This document shows, one piece after another, positions 24,938 through 33,419 of a stretch of 37,004 bases of DNA. The stretch's first letter is position 1, and each line of letters begins with the position of its first letter. The stretch spans positions 1 through 37,004 of IMG/VR virus record IMGVR_UViG_3300044878_000210; one strand, given 5' to 3'. The position numbers and the translations under genes were made by a program. The stretch comes from a virus. Taxonomy: Duplodnaviria > Caudoviricetes. Under the pieces are notes generated by a model. It saw only the letters and a list, made by a program, of their open reading frames with translations. It did no database searches and was not told the origin of the DNA.

Positions 24938-25836
24938 ATACATCGGCTATCGACCTAACCCGCCTCCCCGTTCCAAGCATGGTCGAGGTGATCGACTTCG
25001 AGGTGATCCTCGCCGAACGAAAAGCGGCACTGATCGCCCTTTACCCCGCAGACAAACGGGCCGAGGTTGCCGCTACCCTGGCGCTCGAATCCGAGCCGCT
25101 GGCGATCAACCTGCAGGAGAATGCTTACCGTGAGGTCTTGCTGCGCCAGCGGATCAACGACGCCGCGCGCGCCGTGATGCTCGCGTTTGCCCAGGGCGCG
25201 GACCTCGACCACCTGGCGGCGCTGCTCGGCGTGCAACGCCTGGTGGTGGTTGCCGGGACCGACGACACGCCCGCCGTGATGGAATCGGACACCGACTTGC
25301 GCAAGCGCGTGCAGATGGCCCCGGAAAGCTTTTCTGTTGCAGGTCCCGAGGGGGCATACATTTCCGCGACTCTGAATGCGGACGGCCGCGTACTCGACGC
25401 CGGCGCGAAAAGCCCGGTACCTGGTGCGGTGCTGATCACCGTCTTGTCGCGCGAAGGCGACGGTGGCGCCAGCGAGGAATTGATTGACGCCGTAGCTAAT
25501 GCGCTCAACGCCGAAGATGTGCGGCCGCTGACCGACAGCGTAACCGTGCAGTCGGCGGAAATCGTGGAATACACGGTAGCCGCGACCATCTTTACCTTTC
25601 CCGGCCCTGATTCGGCGGTGGTGGTTGCCGAAGCCCGCAAGCGCCTGGACGCCTATGTGAGCGATTGCCACCGCATCGGACGTGATGTCGTTATTTCGGG
25701 CTTGCACGCGGCCCTGCAGGTGGAAGGCATCGAGCGCGTAGTGCTTACCGCGCCCGCGGCCAATGTTCAAACCAACGACACCCAGGCGCCGTACTGCACG
25801 TCGACCGTGATTCTTTACGGAGGCGTGAATGGCTAA
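24934..25836 (+). CDS. gpJ: Baseplate protein J
   Basis: IDL..LP.P..VE..DFE, AYRE..LRQRIN.AA.AVML, SVAGP.GAY and VRPLTD.V.V. Confidence 0.96.
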   Translation: MNTSAIDLTRLPVPSMVEVIDFEVILAERKAALIALYPADKRAEVAATLALESEPLAINLQENAYREVLLRQRINDAARAVMLAFAQGADLDHLAALLGVQRLVVVAGTDDTPAVMESDTDLRKRVQMAPESFSVAGPEGAYISATLNADGRVLDAGAKSPVPGAVLITVLSREGDGGASEELIDAVANALNAEDVRPLTDSVTVQSAEIVEYTVAATIFTFPGPDSAVVVAEARKRLDAYVSDCHRIGRDVVISGLHAALQVEGIERVVLTAPAANVQTNDTQAPYCTSTVILYGGVNG

Positions 25837-26476
25837 CCTGCTGCCGCCGAACGCGACGACGCTCGAACGCAATGTGGCGGTCGTTAATTCGCGCCTGGGC
25901 GAGCTGCCTACCCCGTTGCGGGATTTGAGGAACGCGGATACATGCCCGGTCGAACTGCTCCCCTGGCTCGCTTCCGAGTTGTCGGTCGACCTGTGGGGCG
26001 CCGATTGGGCGGAAGACCAGAAGCGCGCCAGCATTAAGACCAGCCTGGCCGTGCATCGCGTCAAGGGAACCATCGGCGCCGTGCGGCGCGCCCTGGGCGC
26101 GATCGGCTTCGGCGCCAGGCTGCAGGAGTGGTTCAACCAAATCCCGCAAGGCACGCCGTTTACCTACCGGCTCCTGCTCGATGTAAAGCAGGTGGGTATC
26201 AGCCGCGAGCAAATGCAGACCGTTCAGGAAGTCACGGCCGCGTCTAAAAATCTGCGCTCGCACCTCGATTCTGTGGTGCTGACCGTGAGCAGCACCGCAG
26301 CTCCCCGAATCGCCACGGTGTCGAGCATCGGGAGTGAAATCGGCGTGGCATACCGCGCGCCGAGTCTCGATCTGCTGATGACAGCGGCCGCCGAAGGCAT
26401 GGCCGAGACAAGCGCCGCCGTCGATCTGCTGCACACGCATCTTCACCAAAAAATGACCAACCCAACCTACTGGTAG
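25829..26476 (+). CDS. gpI: Baseplate/tail protein I with a C-terminal extension
   Basis: LLPPNAT.LER, CP..LLPWLA..LSVD.W, H..KGT.GAVRRAL and K..RSHL. Confidence 0.93.
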   Translation: MANLLPPNATTLERNVAVVNSRLGELPTPLRDLRNADTCPVELLPWLASELSVDLWGADWAEDQKRASIKTSLAVHRVKGTIGAVRRALGAIGFGARLQEWFNQIPQGTPFTYRLLLDVKQVGISREQMQTVQEVTAASKNLRSHLDSVVLTVSSTAAPRIATVSSIGSEIGVAYRAPSLDLLMTAAAEGMAETSAAVDLLHTHLHQKMTNPTYW

Positions 26477-26481
26477 AAAAA

Positions 26482-28347
26482 ATGAACCCGAGTCTAGCCT
26501 CCAAAGTCCAGCAGTTTGAAACTGACGCGGACATCATCCATTTGATCGCTCACGGCGATATTCAAACCGTGGTGGCAACCGAAGCCGGCCCGGTTCGCTC
26601 GCTCGCCAAAATGATCCACGACAACCAGGTTGTGATTGACGAAACCGTTCAAAGCCAGCTCAACCCTGACTGGTCCGAGGACGATCCGACCAAGAAAACC
26701 TTTATCCGGAACAAGCCGGCCCTGGCGAAAGTCCCCGCCGACGTCGGCCTCGGCCTGGTGAACAATACGGCCGACGCCGCCAAGCCGGTGTCTGCCGCCC
26801 AGGCGGCCGCCGATACCGCAGTCCTCACCTCTGCCAAGGCCTACGCCGATGGGCTGGTCGTCGGTCTGTGGGACGATCGCGGTAACTTCAGCGCGGCCGG
26901 CAATGCTTATCCTGCAGCAGGCGGTTCCGGCCTGGCCGGCGCGGTGATGAAGGGCGACATCTGGACGGTGAATGTACCCGGCGTCATCGGCGGCGTTCCT
27001 GTCGCTCAACGCCAAACCCTGCGCGCCCTGGAGGACAACCCCGGCCAGCTGGCCGCCAGCTGGGCGATTGGCCTGGCGAACACCGATATTGATGACTCGA
27101 TCAATACCGGCGTCACGGCGCGCGCGCCTTCCCAGCGCGCCGTGTTCGATGCCCTGGCCTTGAAGGCCGACAAGAGCGACGGATTGCTGATCGGCGATAT
27201 CTACACCACAGTCCGCACGTTGCCCGCTCCTGCCTTCCTGGCATGCGATGGGCTGGCCTATTTGCAAGCAAGCTACCCAGCCTTGTACGCGCTCCTCGGT
27301 AGTCCTCTGGCGCTCGCGGACGCTCCGACCCCGGCAACGCTTCCGGAACTGCAACCGACCATGAGCGCTTTAACCCCTGACGGTTCATTCCTGGCTGTGG
27401 CGGCCGGTAGCTATCTTTGCGTCTACACGCGCTCGGGGAATGTCTTTACAAAACAGAACAACATCACCCCTGGCGGGTCTGTCAACAGTCTGGCATTCAA
27501 CAATGACGGTTCGCTGCTGGCGGTAGGGCTGACGGCGGCCCCCTTCCTGGCGATCTATAGCCGTGCTGGTGCAGTCCTCACGGGGCTAGGCAGTCCGGCC
27601 ACATCACCAACTTCCTCGGTCGCCGCGGTTCGGTTCAGCAACGATGGGACAAAGCTGGCGGTTACCTTTGCCACCGCTCCGGGGCTGTATGTGTATGGCG
27701 TGGTCGGGACCGTTTTCACAAAGTGGGCCAACCCGGCGGTCGCGGCGACAGCTACTCCGAACGTCAACGGTCTTGCGTTCTCGCCTGACGGTAGCTGTCT
27801 TGCGATCAGCGCGGTTAGCGCGCCTGTTCTGGAACTGTATAGCATCGCCGGCACGACGCTTACCAAGCTGGCAAGCCCTGCCGTGATGCCACCGGCCGGT
27901 TGCCAAGGGCGTGCTGTTGCATTCGACGCGGACGGCAGCACGCTTGTAGTGGGGTTCAACCAGACCCCCTATGTACATCTCTATAGCCGCAACGCAAACG
28001 TTTTCACGAAGCTGGCCGACCCGAACCCGCTCCCTCCTGGGCCGGCGGTCTACGACGCGCGATTCAGCACGGATGGGAAATACCTGATAACCGGAAACCT
28101 GGCGTCGCCGACCATGGTCTCGTTCTGGAAACGCACAGGGAACGCATTCAATGGCATTACGCAAGCAATTACCCAGCCGGCCAGCTATGGAAGGCATATC
28201 GCCTTCTCCGCAGATGGAACCTACATGGCCGTGATGGTCGATGGCGCGGCTTCCCTGCGCATCTATTCGCAGTCGTACAACCCCGCAACGCAGTTCATTG
28301 TTCCGAAGGTACAAATCGGGGCAAACAGCTACATCAAAGCAACGTAA
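26482..28347 (+). CDS. Tail fibre/receptor-binding protein with a 7-bladed beta-propeller
   Basis: Phage fibre-like N-terminus (GPVRSLAK; VGLG.VNNTAD..KPVS.AQ), collar-like LACDG..Y....YPALYALLG, and seven F(S/N)xDGxxL repeats. Confidence 0.8.
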   Translation: MNPSLASKVQQFETDADIIHLIAHGDIQTVVATEAGPVRSLAKMIHDNQVVIDETVQSQLNPDWSEDDPTKKTFIRNKPALAKVPADVGLGLVNNTADAAKPVSAAQAAADTAVLTSAKAYADGLVVGLWDDRGNFSAAGNAYPAAGGSGLAGAVMKGDIWTVNVPGVIGGVPVAQRQTLRALEDNPGQLAASWAIGLANTDIDDSINTGVTARAPSQRAVFDALALKADKSDGLLIGDIYTTVRTLPAPAFLACDGLAYLQASYPALYALLGSPLALADAPTPATLPELQPTMSALTPDGSFLAVAAGSYLCVYTRSGNVFTKQNNITPGGSVNSLAFNNDGSLLAVGLTAAPFLAIYSRAGAVLTGLGSPATSPTSSVAAVRFSNDGTKLAVTFATAPGLYVYGVVGTVFTKWANPAVAATATPNVNGLAFSPDGSCLAISAVSAPVLELYSIAGTTLTKLASPAVMPPAGCQGRAVAFDADGSTLVVGFNQTPYVHLYSRNANVFTKLADPNPLPPGPAVYDARFSTDGKYLITGNLASPTMVSFWKRTGNAFNGITQAITQPASYGRHIAFSADGTYMAVMVDGAASLRIYSQSYNPATQFIVPKVQIGANSYIKAT

Positions 28348-28356
28348 AGGGCCAAC

Positions 28357-28791
28357 ATGATTACCATTTTCCTCCTGGACGCACAGGGAATTTTTAGCGG
28401 ATCGACCAAAGCCGATTCGATGGGGCCGATGCCGCGCGCCTCGACCACGACCGCGCCGCCCAACCTTAATGGAACCGAGGTCGCTTACTGGACCGGCGCC
28501 GCGTGGGAGGTTCTGGCCGAGCGGCCGCCGGCGCCGGTGGTTGACCCATCCCGGCACGTCCCAACAAAGGTAACCCGCCGCCAGGCGCTCCAAGCCTTGT
28601 TGCTCAATGGCTACCTCGACCTGATCCCGGCGGCGCTTGAGCAAATCCCCGACCTGACCAAGCGCGCCCTGGCAAAGATCGAATTCGAGGCGTCGCAGGA
28701 TTTCGAGCGCTACCGGCCGCTGGTGATCGAGATTGGCGCCGCCTTGAACATGGACCTCGATGAACTGTTCATTCAGGCAGACGCGCTGTGA
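28357..28791 (+). CDS. Putative tail fibre assembly chaperone
   Basis: STTTAPP...W.G..W and VP..VTRRQA..AL...F.R..PLV......L....DELF..A..L. Follows the fibre gene. Confidence 0.7.
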   Translation: MITIFLLDAQGIFSGSTKADSMGPMPRASTTTAPPNLNGTEVAYWTGAAWEVLAERPPAPVVDPSRHVPTKVTRRQALQALLLNGYLDLIPAALEQIPDLTKRALAKIEFEASQDFERYRPLVIEIGAALNMDLDELFIQADAL

Positions 28792-29258
28792 GCTTCGTCA
28801 CCGTTCGATTTACCTCGCACTGGCCGTGGAACCCTACCAGCTTGCCGATTGCCTGGCTGTCCGGTTCGCGCGTCTTTAGCCACAGCATGAACATCATCGA
28901 CGGCACGGCCTACGAGGCAACCATGTTGCACGGATGCCGCGCTGTGCCGCTCGGGGAGGCCATGCGGGGCGTTGCGGTCTACCAGGACATGCAGGTTCCG
29001 GTGTCCGACATCGAGGCGGCGATCGAGTTCGGCCAGGCACAGGTCGGCAAGGGCTACGACTTCGCCGCGCTGGCTCTCCCGATCCTCGCTTCCGAGAATT
29101 GGGCGGACTGGTCCAAATGGTGGTGCAGCGAGTTGAGCTTCATGCAGGTTGCCGCCGGCGGCACGCTGATGCTGGACCCGAACGAGCAAAAGCGCGTCAC
29201 GCCCGACGATCTGCACCAATGCAACTACCCGAAGGGTGAATTGGTCCGGCTGCGGTAA
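28788..29258 (+). CDS. Permuted papain-like (YiiX/YaeF-type NlpC/P60) protein
   Basis: His (FSHS) precedes Q.GKGYD and Cys (WWCSEL), then VTP.DL. Confidence 0.8.
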   Translation: MSFVTVRFTSHWPWNPTSLPIAWLSGSRVFSHSMNIIDGTAYEATMLHGCRAVPLGEAMRGVAVYQDMQVPVSDIEAAIEFGQAQVGKGYDFAALALPILASENWADWSKWWCSELSFMQVAAGGTLMLDPNEQKRVTPDDLHQCNYPKGELVRLR

Positions 29259-29309
29259 GCGCACCAGGTCAACAACCCGCTTCACCAATACGACAACATC
29301 GGAACGAAA

Positions 29310-30719
29310 ATGACTTTCTCCACCATCCACACCCTGTACGGATTAAAGCGCATGGCGGCCGCCGAGGCGGCGAATGCGGCCCTCAACATCACCCACATGG
29401 CAGTCGGGGACGGCGCCGGCAACGATTACGAGCCGAACGAGGAACAGACCCAGCTGAGGGGCGAAAAATTCCGCGCTGTGGTCAATCGCGTTTTTCAAGA
29501 CCCGGTCAATCCCCTGCAGTACACCGCCGAGCTGGTGATCCCCGCAAGCGTCGGCGGCTTCACGCTGCGCGAAGTAGCCGCATTCGATTCCGACCTCGGC
29601 ATGTTCGTGGTTGGCAATCTGCCCACCAGCTACAAGCCAGATATCACCGAAGGCGCATATGGTGATTCGGTAGTCCGCATCGACTTTCTGGTGACGAACG
29701 CCACAGTCATCACCCTGCAGGTGGATCCCAATGTGGTGGTGGCAACGCGCACCTGGATTACCAACTATGTCACCGCCGGCATGCTGATGCCTGGGGGGAC
29801 AACCGGCCAGGTATGGGCCAAGCGAACGAATGACGACGGCGACGGCCATTGGGTAGACCCCAACGTTGCCAACGTGGTAGTCGACGTGATCGAGGAACGG
29901 CAAACGCTCGCGGCGAACCAGACCGCAGTCACGATGCACATCACGACCACCCGCGGCCTGGCCGTCTATGTCGGCGGCGCGCGCATCAACAAGGGCGCCG
30001 GAGTGGACGGCTGGACCATCGCAAACGGTGGTATCTCGCAGACCGATATCATTCTTGGCAAGTCCTACCCCGATGGAACGCGGATCCTGCTGACGCAGAA
30101 CGACCCGAACGGAAGCGCAGTGGCCGCGCTGGAACGCAACCTGAACCTCTCCGACCTGGAGAACAAGGCGACCGCGCGCGCCAACCTGGGCGTCTACAGC
30201 AAAGCCGAGGTGGACCAGAAAACGCCAGTCGGCGCCGTGATGTATTTCCCGTTCACGGTCGCGCCTAGCGGCTGGCTCAAGGTGAACGGCGCCAACGTGA
30301 GCCGCATTGCCTTCGCCGATCTTTTCGCGGCTATCGGGACGACCTACGGCGACGGCGACGGCTTTATCACCTTTACGCTGCCTGATCTTCGCGGCGAATT
30401 TATCCGCTGCTGGGACGACCAGCGCGGCGTCGACGGCGGCCGCGGCATCGGCACCATCCAGACCGACCAGAACAAGTCCCACAGCCACACCGCGACAACC
30501 AGCAACAGCGGCTCGCACAGCCACAGCTACGTCGACACCGACACGGTTACAGGTTTCAACGGACTTGCGGCCGGCCCCAACTACAACATTTCCGACCGCG
30601 AGACAACGCGAACCACCGGCACAGCTGGAAGCCACTCTCACACCGTCGATGTGACGTCGAGCGGCGGTACCGAAACGCGGCCGCGCAACATCGCACTGCT
30701 GGCGTGCATTAAATTCTGA
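29310..30719 (+). CDS. gpH: P2 gpH-like tail fibre with collar domain
   Basis: H-type N-terminus (T.YG....A.......ITHMAVGDG.G...P...QT.L, GGFT.RE, YKP), LE.K..AR.NLG, collar PVGAV.....P.GWL..NG..VSR..FA.LF.AIGT.YG.GDG..TF.LPDLRGEF and ETRPRNIALL.CIK. Confidence 0.9.
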   Translation: MTFSTIHTLYGLKRMAAAEAANAALNITHMAVGDGAGNDYEPNEEQTQLRGEKFRAVVNRVFQDPVNPLQYTAELVIPASVGGFTLREVAAFDSDLGMFVVGNLPTSYKPDITEGAYGDSVVRIDFLVTNATVITLQVDPNVVVATRTWITNYVTAGMLMPGGTTGQVWAKRTNDDGDGHWVDPNVANVVVDVIEERQTLAANQTAVTMHITTTRGLAVYVGGARINKGAGVDGWTIANGGISQTDIILGKSYPDGTRILLTQNDPNGSAVAALERNLNLSDLENKATARANLGVYSKAEVDQKTPVGAVMYFPFTVAPSGWLKVNGANVSRIAFADLFAAIGTTYGDGDGFITFTLPDLRGEFIRCWDDQRGVDGGRGIGTIQTDQNKSHSHTATTSNSGSHSHSYVDTDTVTGFNGLAAGPNYNISDRETTRTTGTAGSHSHTVDVTSSGGTETRPRNIALLACIKF

Positions 30720-30727
30720 GGACAACC

Positions 30728-31012
30728 ATGAGCCAAAAAACCGTTTTTCAATACGATCTGACCGGGCGATACCAGGGAAGGACGCTGGCCGACGAAAGCC
30801 CGCTCGAGCCGGGCGTTTGGCTGCTGCCGGCGCGCACCACCGAACAGGCGCCGCCCGAGCAATGGCCGGAAGATAAGTGGCCGCGCTGGAATGGCAGTAC
30901 CTGGGAAATCACTGGCGCCGCCCGCGCGAGCTACGCCGCCCCGGACGACCCGCTCGCAAAGCTGCAGGGGTTCCTGCAGGCGAATCCAGACGTGGCGGCG
31001 CTGCTGCGCTGA
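30728..31012 (+). CDS. Tail fibre assembly protein (gpG-like)
   Basis: K.V.QYD..G.Y.G...ADESPLEPGVWL.P...T...PP. Confidence 0.8.
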   Translation: MSQKTVFQYDLTGRYQGRTLADESPLEPGVWLLPARTTEQAPPEQWPEDKWPRWNGSTWEITGAARASYAAPDDPLAKLQGFLQANPDVAALLR

Positions 31013-31035
31013 CCCTTCCTTCTGCTGCAGTCCTT

Positions 31036-31071
31036 GGCCGATCCCCTGAAACATGGGCATCGGCCTTTTTT
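31036..31071 (+). terminator. Rho-independent terminator after the fibre operon
   Basis: GGCCGAT-CCC...GGG-c-ATCGGCC-TTTTTT. Confidence 0.75.
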
Positions 31072-31075
31072 CTTT

Positions 31076-31134
31076 TGTACCCACAGCCACTACAACACCC
31101 GCCGCGTGCGCCTCGCCCGCGCGCGGGGCATGCT
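31076..31134 (+). promoter_or_regulatory. Ogr-dependent late promoter PF
   Basis: TGT-N13-ACA (31076-31094), then 34 bp, then CATGCT (31129-31134). Confidence 0.65.
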
Positions 31135-31204
31135 GTCGCCACGATCTGTTTTCCCCGAAGCGGCCGACACGGCCACCCCTCTTACCCAACTTGGAGCAAA
31201 AAAT

Positions 31205-32377
31205 ATGACGACGGAATACCACCACGGTGTACGCGTTCTCGAAATTAACGAGGGTTCGCGCCCGATTCGTTCCGTTTCCACGGCTGTTGTCGGCATCATC
31301 TGCACCGCCTCGGATGCAGACGCGGCCGCATTCCCCCTGAACACCCCGGTCCTGGTCACCAATGTTGTGACCGCGATGGCAAAGGCCGGCACCCTCGGCA
31401 CGCTGCGCCGCACCCTGGACGCGATCGGCAAGCAAACCAAGCCATTTACCGTGGTGGTGCGTGTCGAACAAGGCGCGACGGAAGCAGAAACCACCAGCAA
31501 TGTGATTGGCACGACTGACGCCAATGGCAAGTACACCGGCATCCTGGCGCTGCTCGCAGCTCAATCGGTCCTGGGCGTCAAGCCGCGCATTTTGGGCGCT
31601 CCTGGCCTCGATACGCAGGCCGTAACCGCCGCCCTGGTAGCGGTGGCACAAAAGCTGCGCGCGTTCGTGTACGCCTCGGCGCCAGGCTGCGCGACCAAGG
31701 AAGCGGTCGCGGCCTACCGCGAACAATTCAGCGCCCGCGAGCTGATGCTGATCTGGCCCGATTTCGTGGACTGGAACACCGTTACCAGCGCCGCGGAAAA
31801 TATTCCCGCTGTCGCGCACGCGCTCGGCCTGCGCGCCAAGATCGACCAGGAAACAGGCTGGCATAAATCACTGTCGAATGTGGGCGTCAACGGCGTGACC
31901 GGCATCTCGCGCGACGTGTTCTGGGACTTGCAAGACCCCGACACGGACGCCGGCTACCTGAATGAACACGACGTCACGACGCTGATTCGCAGCACCGGCT
32001 ATCGCTTCTGGGGCAGCCGCACCTGCTCCGACGAGCCGCTGTTCGCCTTCGAGAACTACACCCGCACCGCGCAAGTGCTGGCCGACACGATGGCCGAGGC
32101 CCATATGTGGGCTATCGACAAGCCGATGCATCCATCCCTGGCGCGCGATATTGTCGAAGGCATCAACGCCAAATTCCGCGAGCTGGTGGCGAAAGGCTAT
32201 CTGATCGGCGGCAAGGCCTGGATCGACTCGAACACCAACACCCCTGATGTCCTGAAGGCGGGAAAGCTGTACATCGACTACGACTACACGCCGGTACCGC
32301 CACTGGAAAACCTGTCGCTGAATCAGCGCATCACCGACACCTACCTGGTGGACTTCGCCGCCAACGCCGCCGCGTAA
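31205..32377 (+). CDS. gpFI: Tail sheath protein
   Basis: YHHGVRV.EIN.G.R.I, KPRILGAPGLD, GWHKSLSNV, FWG.RT and YDYTPVPPLE. True ATG is 31205. Confidence 0.97.
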   Translation: MTTEYHHGVRVLEINEGSRPIRSVSTAVVGIICTASDADAAAFPLNTPVLVTNVVTAMAKAGTLGTLRRTLDAIGKQTKPFTVVVRVEQGATEAETTSNVIGTTDANGKYTGILALLAAQSVLGVKPRILGAPGLDTQAVTAALVAVAQKLRAFVYASAPGCATKEAVAAYREQFSARELMLIWPDFVDWNTVTSAAENIPAVAHALGLRAKIDQETGWHKSLSNVGVNGVTGISRDVFWDLQDPDTDAGYLNEHDVTTLIRSTGYRFWGSRTCSDEPLFAFENYTRTAQVLADTMAEAHMWAIDKPMHPSLARDIVEGINAKFRELVAKGYLIGGKAWIDSNTNTPDVLKAGKLYIDYDYTPVPPLENLSLNQRITDTYLVDFAANAAA

Positions 32378-32413
32378 GCACCCACAACAACCCCATAACC
32401 AGGAGCAAAGAAC

Positions 32414-32923
32414 ATGGGACTGCCTAAGAAACTCAAGAACTTCAACGTTTTCAACGATGGCGAAAGCTACATGGGCCAGGTCGCCGAGGTGAACTTGCCG
32501 AAGCTGACCCGCAAGATGGAAGAATGGCGTGCCGGCGGCATGGGCCAGCCCTTGAAAATCGACCTGGGCGCCGAAGCTATGTCGATGGACTGGACCTGTG
32601 GCGGCATGATGCGCGGCATCCTGAGCCAGTACGCGGTCACCAAGCATGACGGCGTGCAGCTGCGCTTTGCCGGCGCCTACATCGGCGAGGATTCGGACGA
32701 GCCGGACGCCGTGGAAGTCGTTATCCGTGGCCGCCACAGCGAAATGGACCCAGGCGCCGCGAAGCCAGGCGACGACACCGCGTTCAAAGTCGTTACCGAA
32801 ATCAGCTACTACAAGCTGACCATCAACGGCGAAGACGTGATCGAGATCGACGTTATCAACATGGTCGAAAAGGTCAACGGCGACGACCGCCTGGCGAAAA
32901 CGCGCAAAGCGATCGGCCTGTAA
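32414..32923 (+). CDS. gpFII: Major tail tube protein
   Basis: LP.KLK.FN.FNDG.SY.G......LPKL.RK.E.WRAGGM and YYKL.INGE..IEID. Confidence 0.97.
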   Translation: MGLPKKLKNFNVFNDGESYMGQVAEVNLPKLTRKMEEWRAGGMGQPLKIDLGAEAMSMDWTCGGMMRGILSQYAVTKHDGVQLRFAGAYIGEDSDEPDAVEVVIRGRHSEMDPGAAKPGDDTAFKVVTEISYYKLTINGEDVIEIDVINMVEKVNGDDRLAKTRKAIGL

Positions 32924-32988
32924 CAGATCCACCAGGCCGCCCGCGATCGGGCGGCCTTCCCTCCCTTCCCCACACCTGGAACTACAAA

Positions 32989-33297
32989 ATGAACATCGAA
33001 AAGAACCCGAACACCGTCACCCTGGATACCCCGATCACCCGCGGCGAACAGACGATCACCGAGGTGACCTTGCGCAAGCCGGCATCGGGCGAGCTGCGCG
33101 GCACCTCCCTGCAGGCGCTTGTCAACCTCGACGTCGACGCGCTCTCGAAAGTTCTGCCGCGCATCACCACCCCGATCCTGACCGAGCGCGACGTCTTCAA
33201 GCTGGACCCCGCCGACCTGGTGCAGATGGGAGCGATGTTTTCCGGTTTTTTGGTGCCGAAGGCCATGCTTGCGAGCATGGAATCCCCGAGCGAGTAG
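32989..33297 (+). CDS. gpE: Tail assembly chaperone E
   Basis: TVTLDTPI.RG.Q.I.EV.LRKP.SG.LRG..L and LDPADL. Confidence 0.93.
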   Translation: MNIEKNPNTVTLDTPITRGEQTITEVTLRKPASGELRGTSLQALVNLDVDALSKVLPRITTPILTERDVFKLDPADLVQMGAMFSGFLVPKAMLASMESPSE

Positions 33298-33419
33298 AAA
33301 ACGCAATGGCCGATATCGCCGTTGTGTTCCACTGGACGCCGCAGTCGATGGACGCCTTCACCCTGACCGAGTTAATGGAATGGCGCGAACGTGCGCGCAT
33401 TAGAAGCGGAAACGAATAA
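33246..33419 (+). CDS. gpE': E' extension reached by programmed -1 frameshift (gpE+E')
   Basis: Slippery T TTT TTG at 33246-33252. The -1 frame is open to TAA 33417-33419 and encodes MADIAVVFHW.P..M....L.ELM.WRERA. Confidence 0.88.
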   Translation, partial: FFGAEGHACEHGIPERVENAMADIAVVFHWTPQSMDAFTLTELMEWRERARIRSGNE

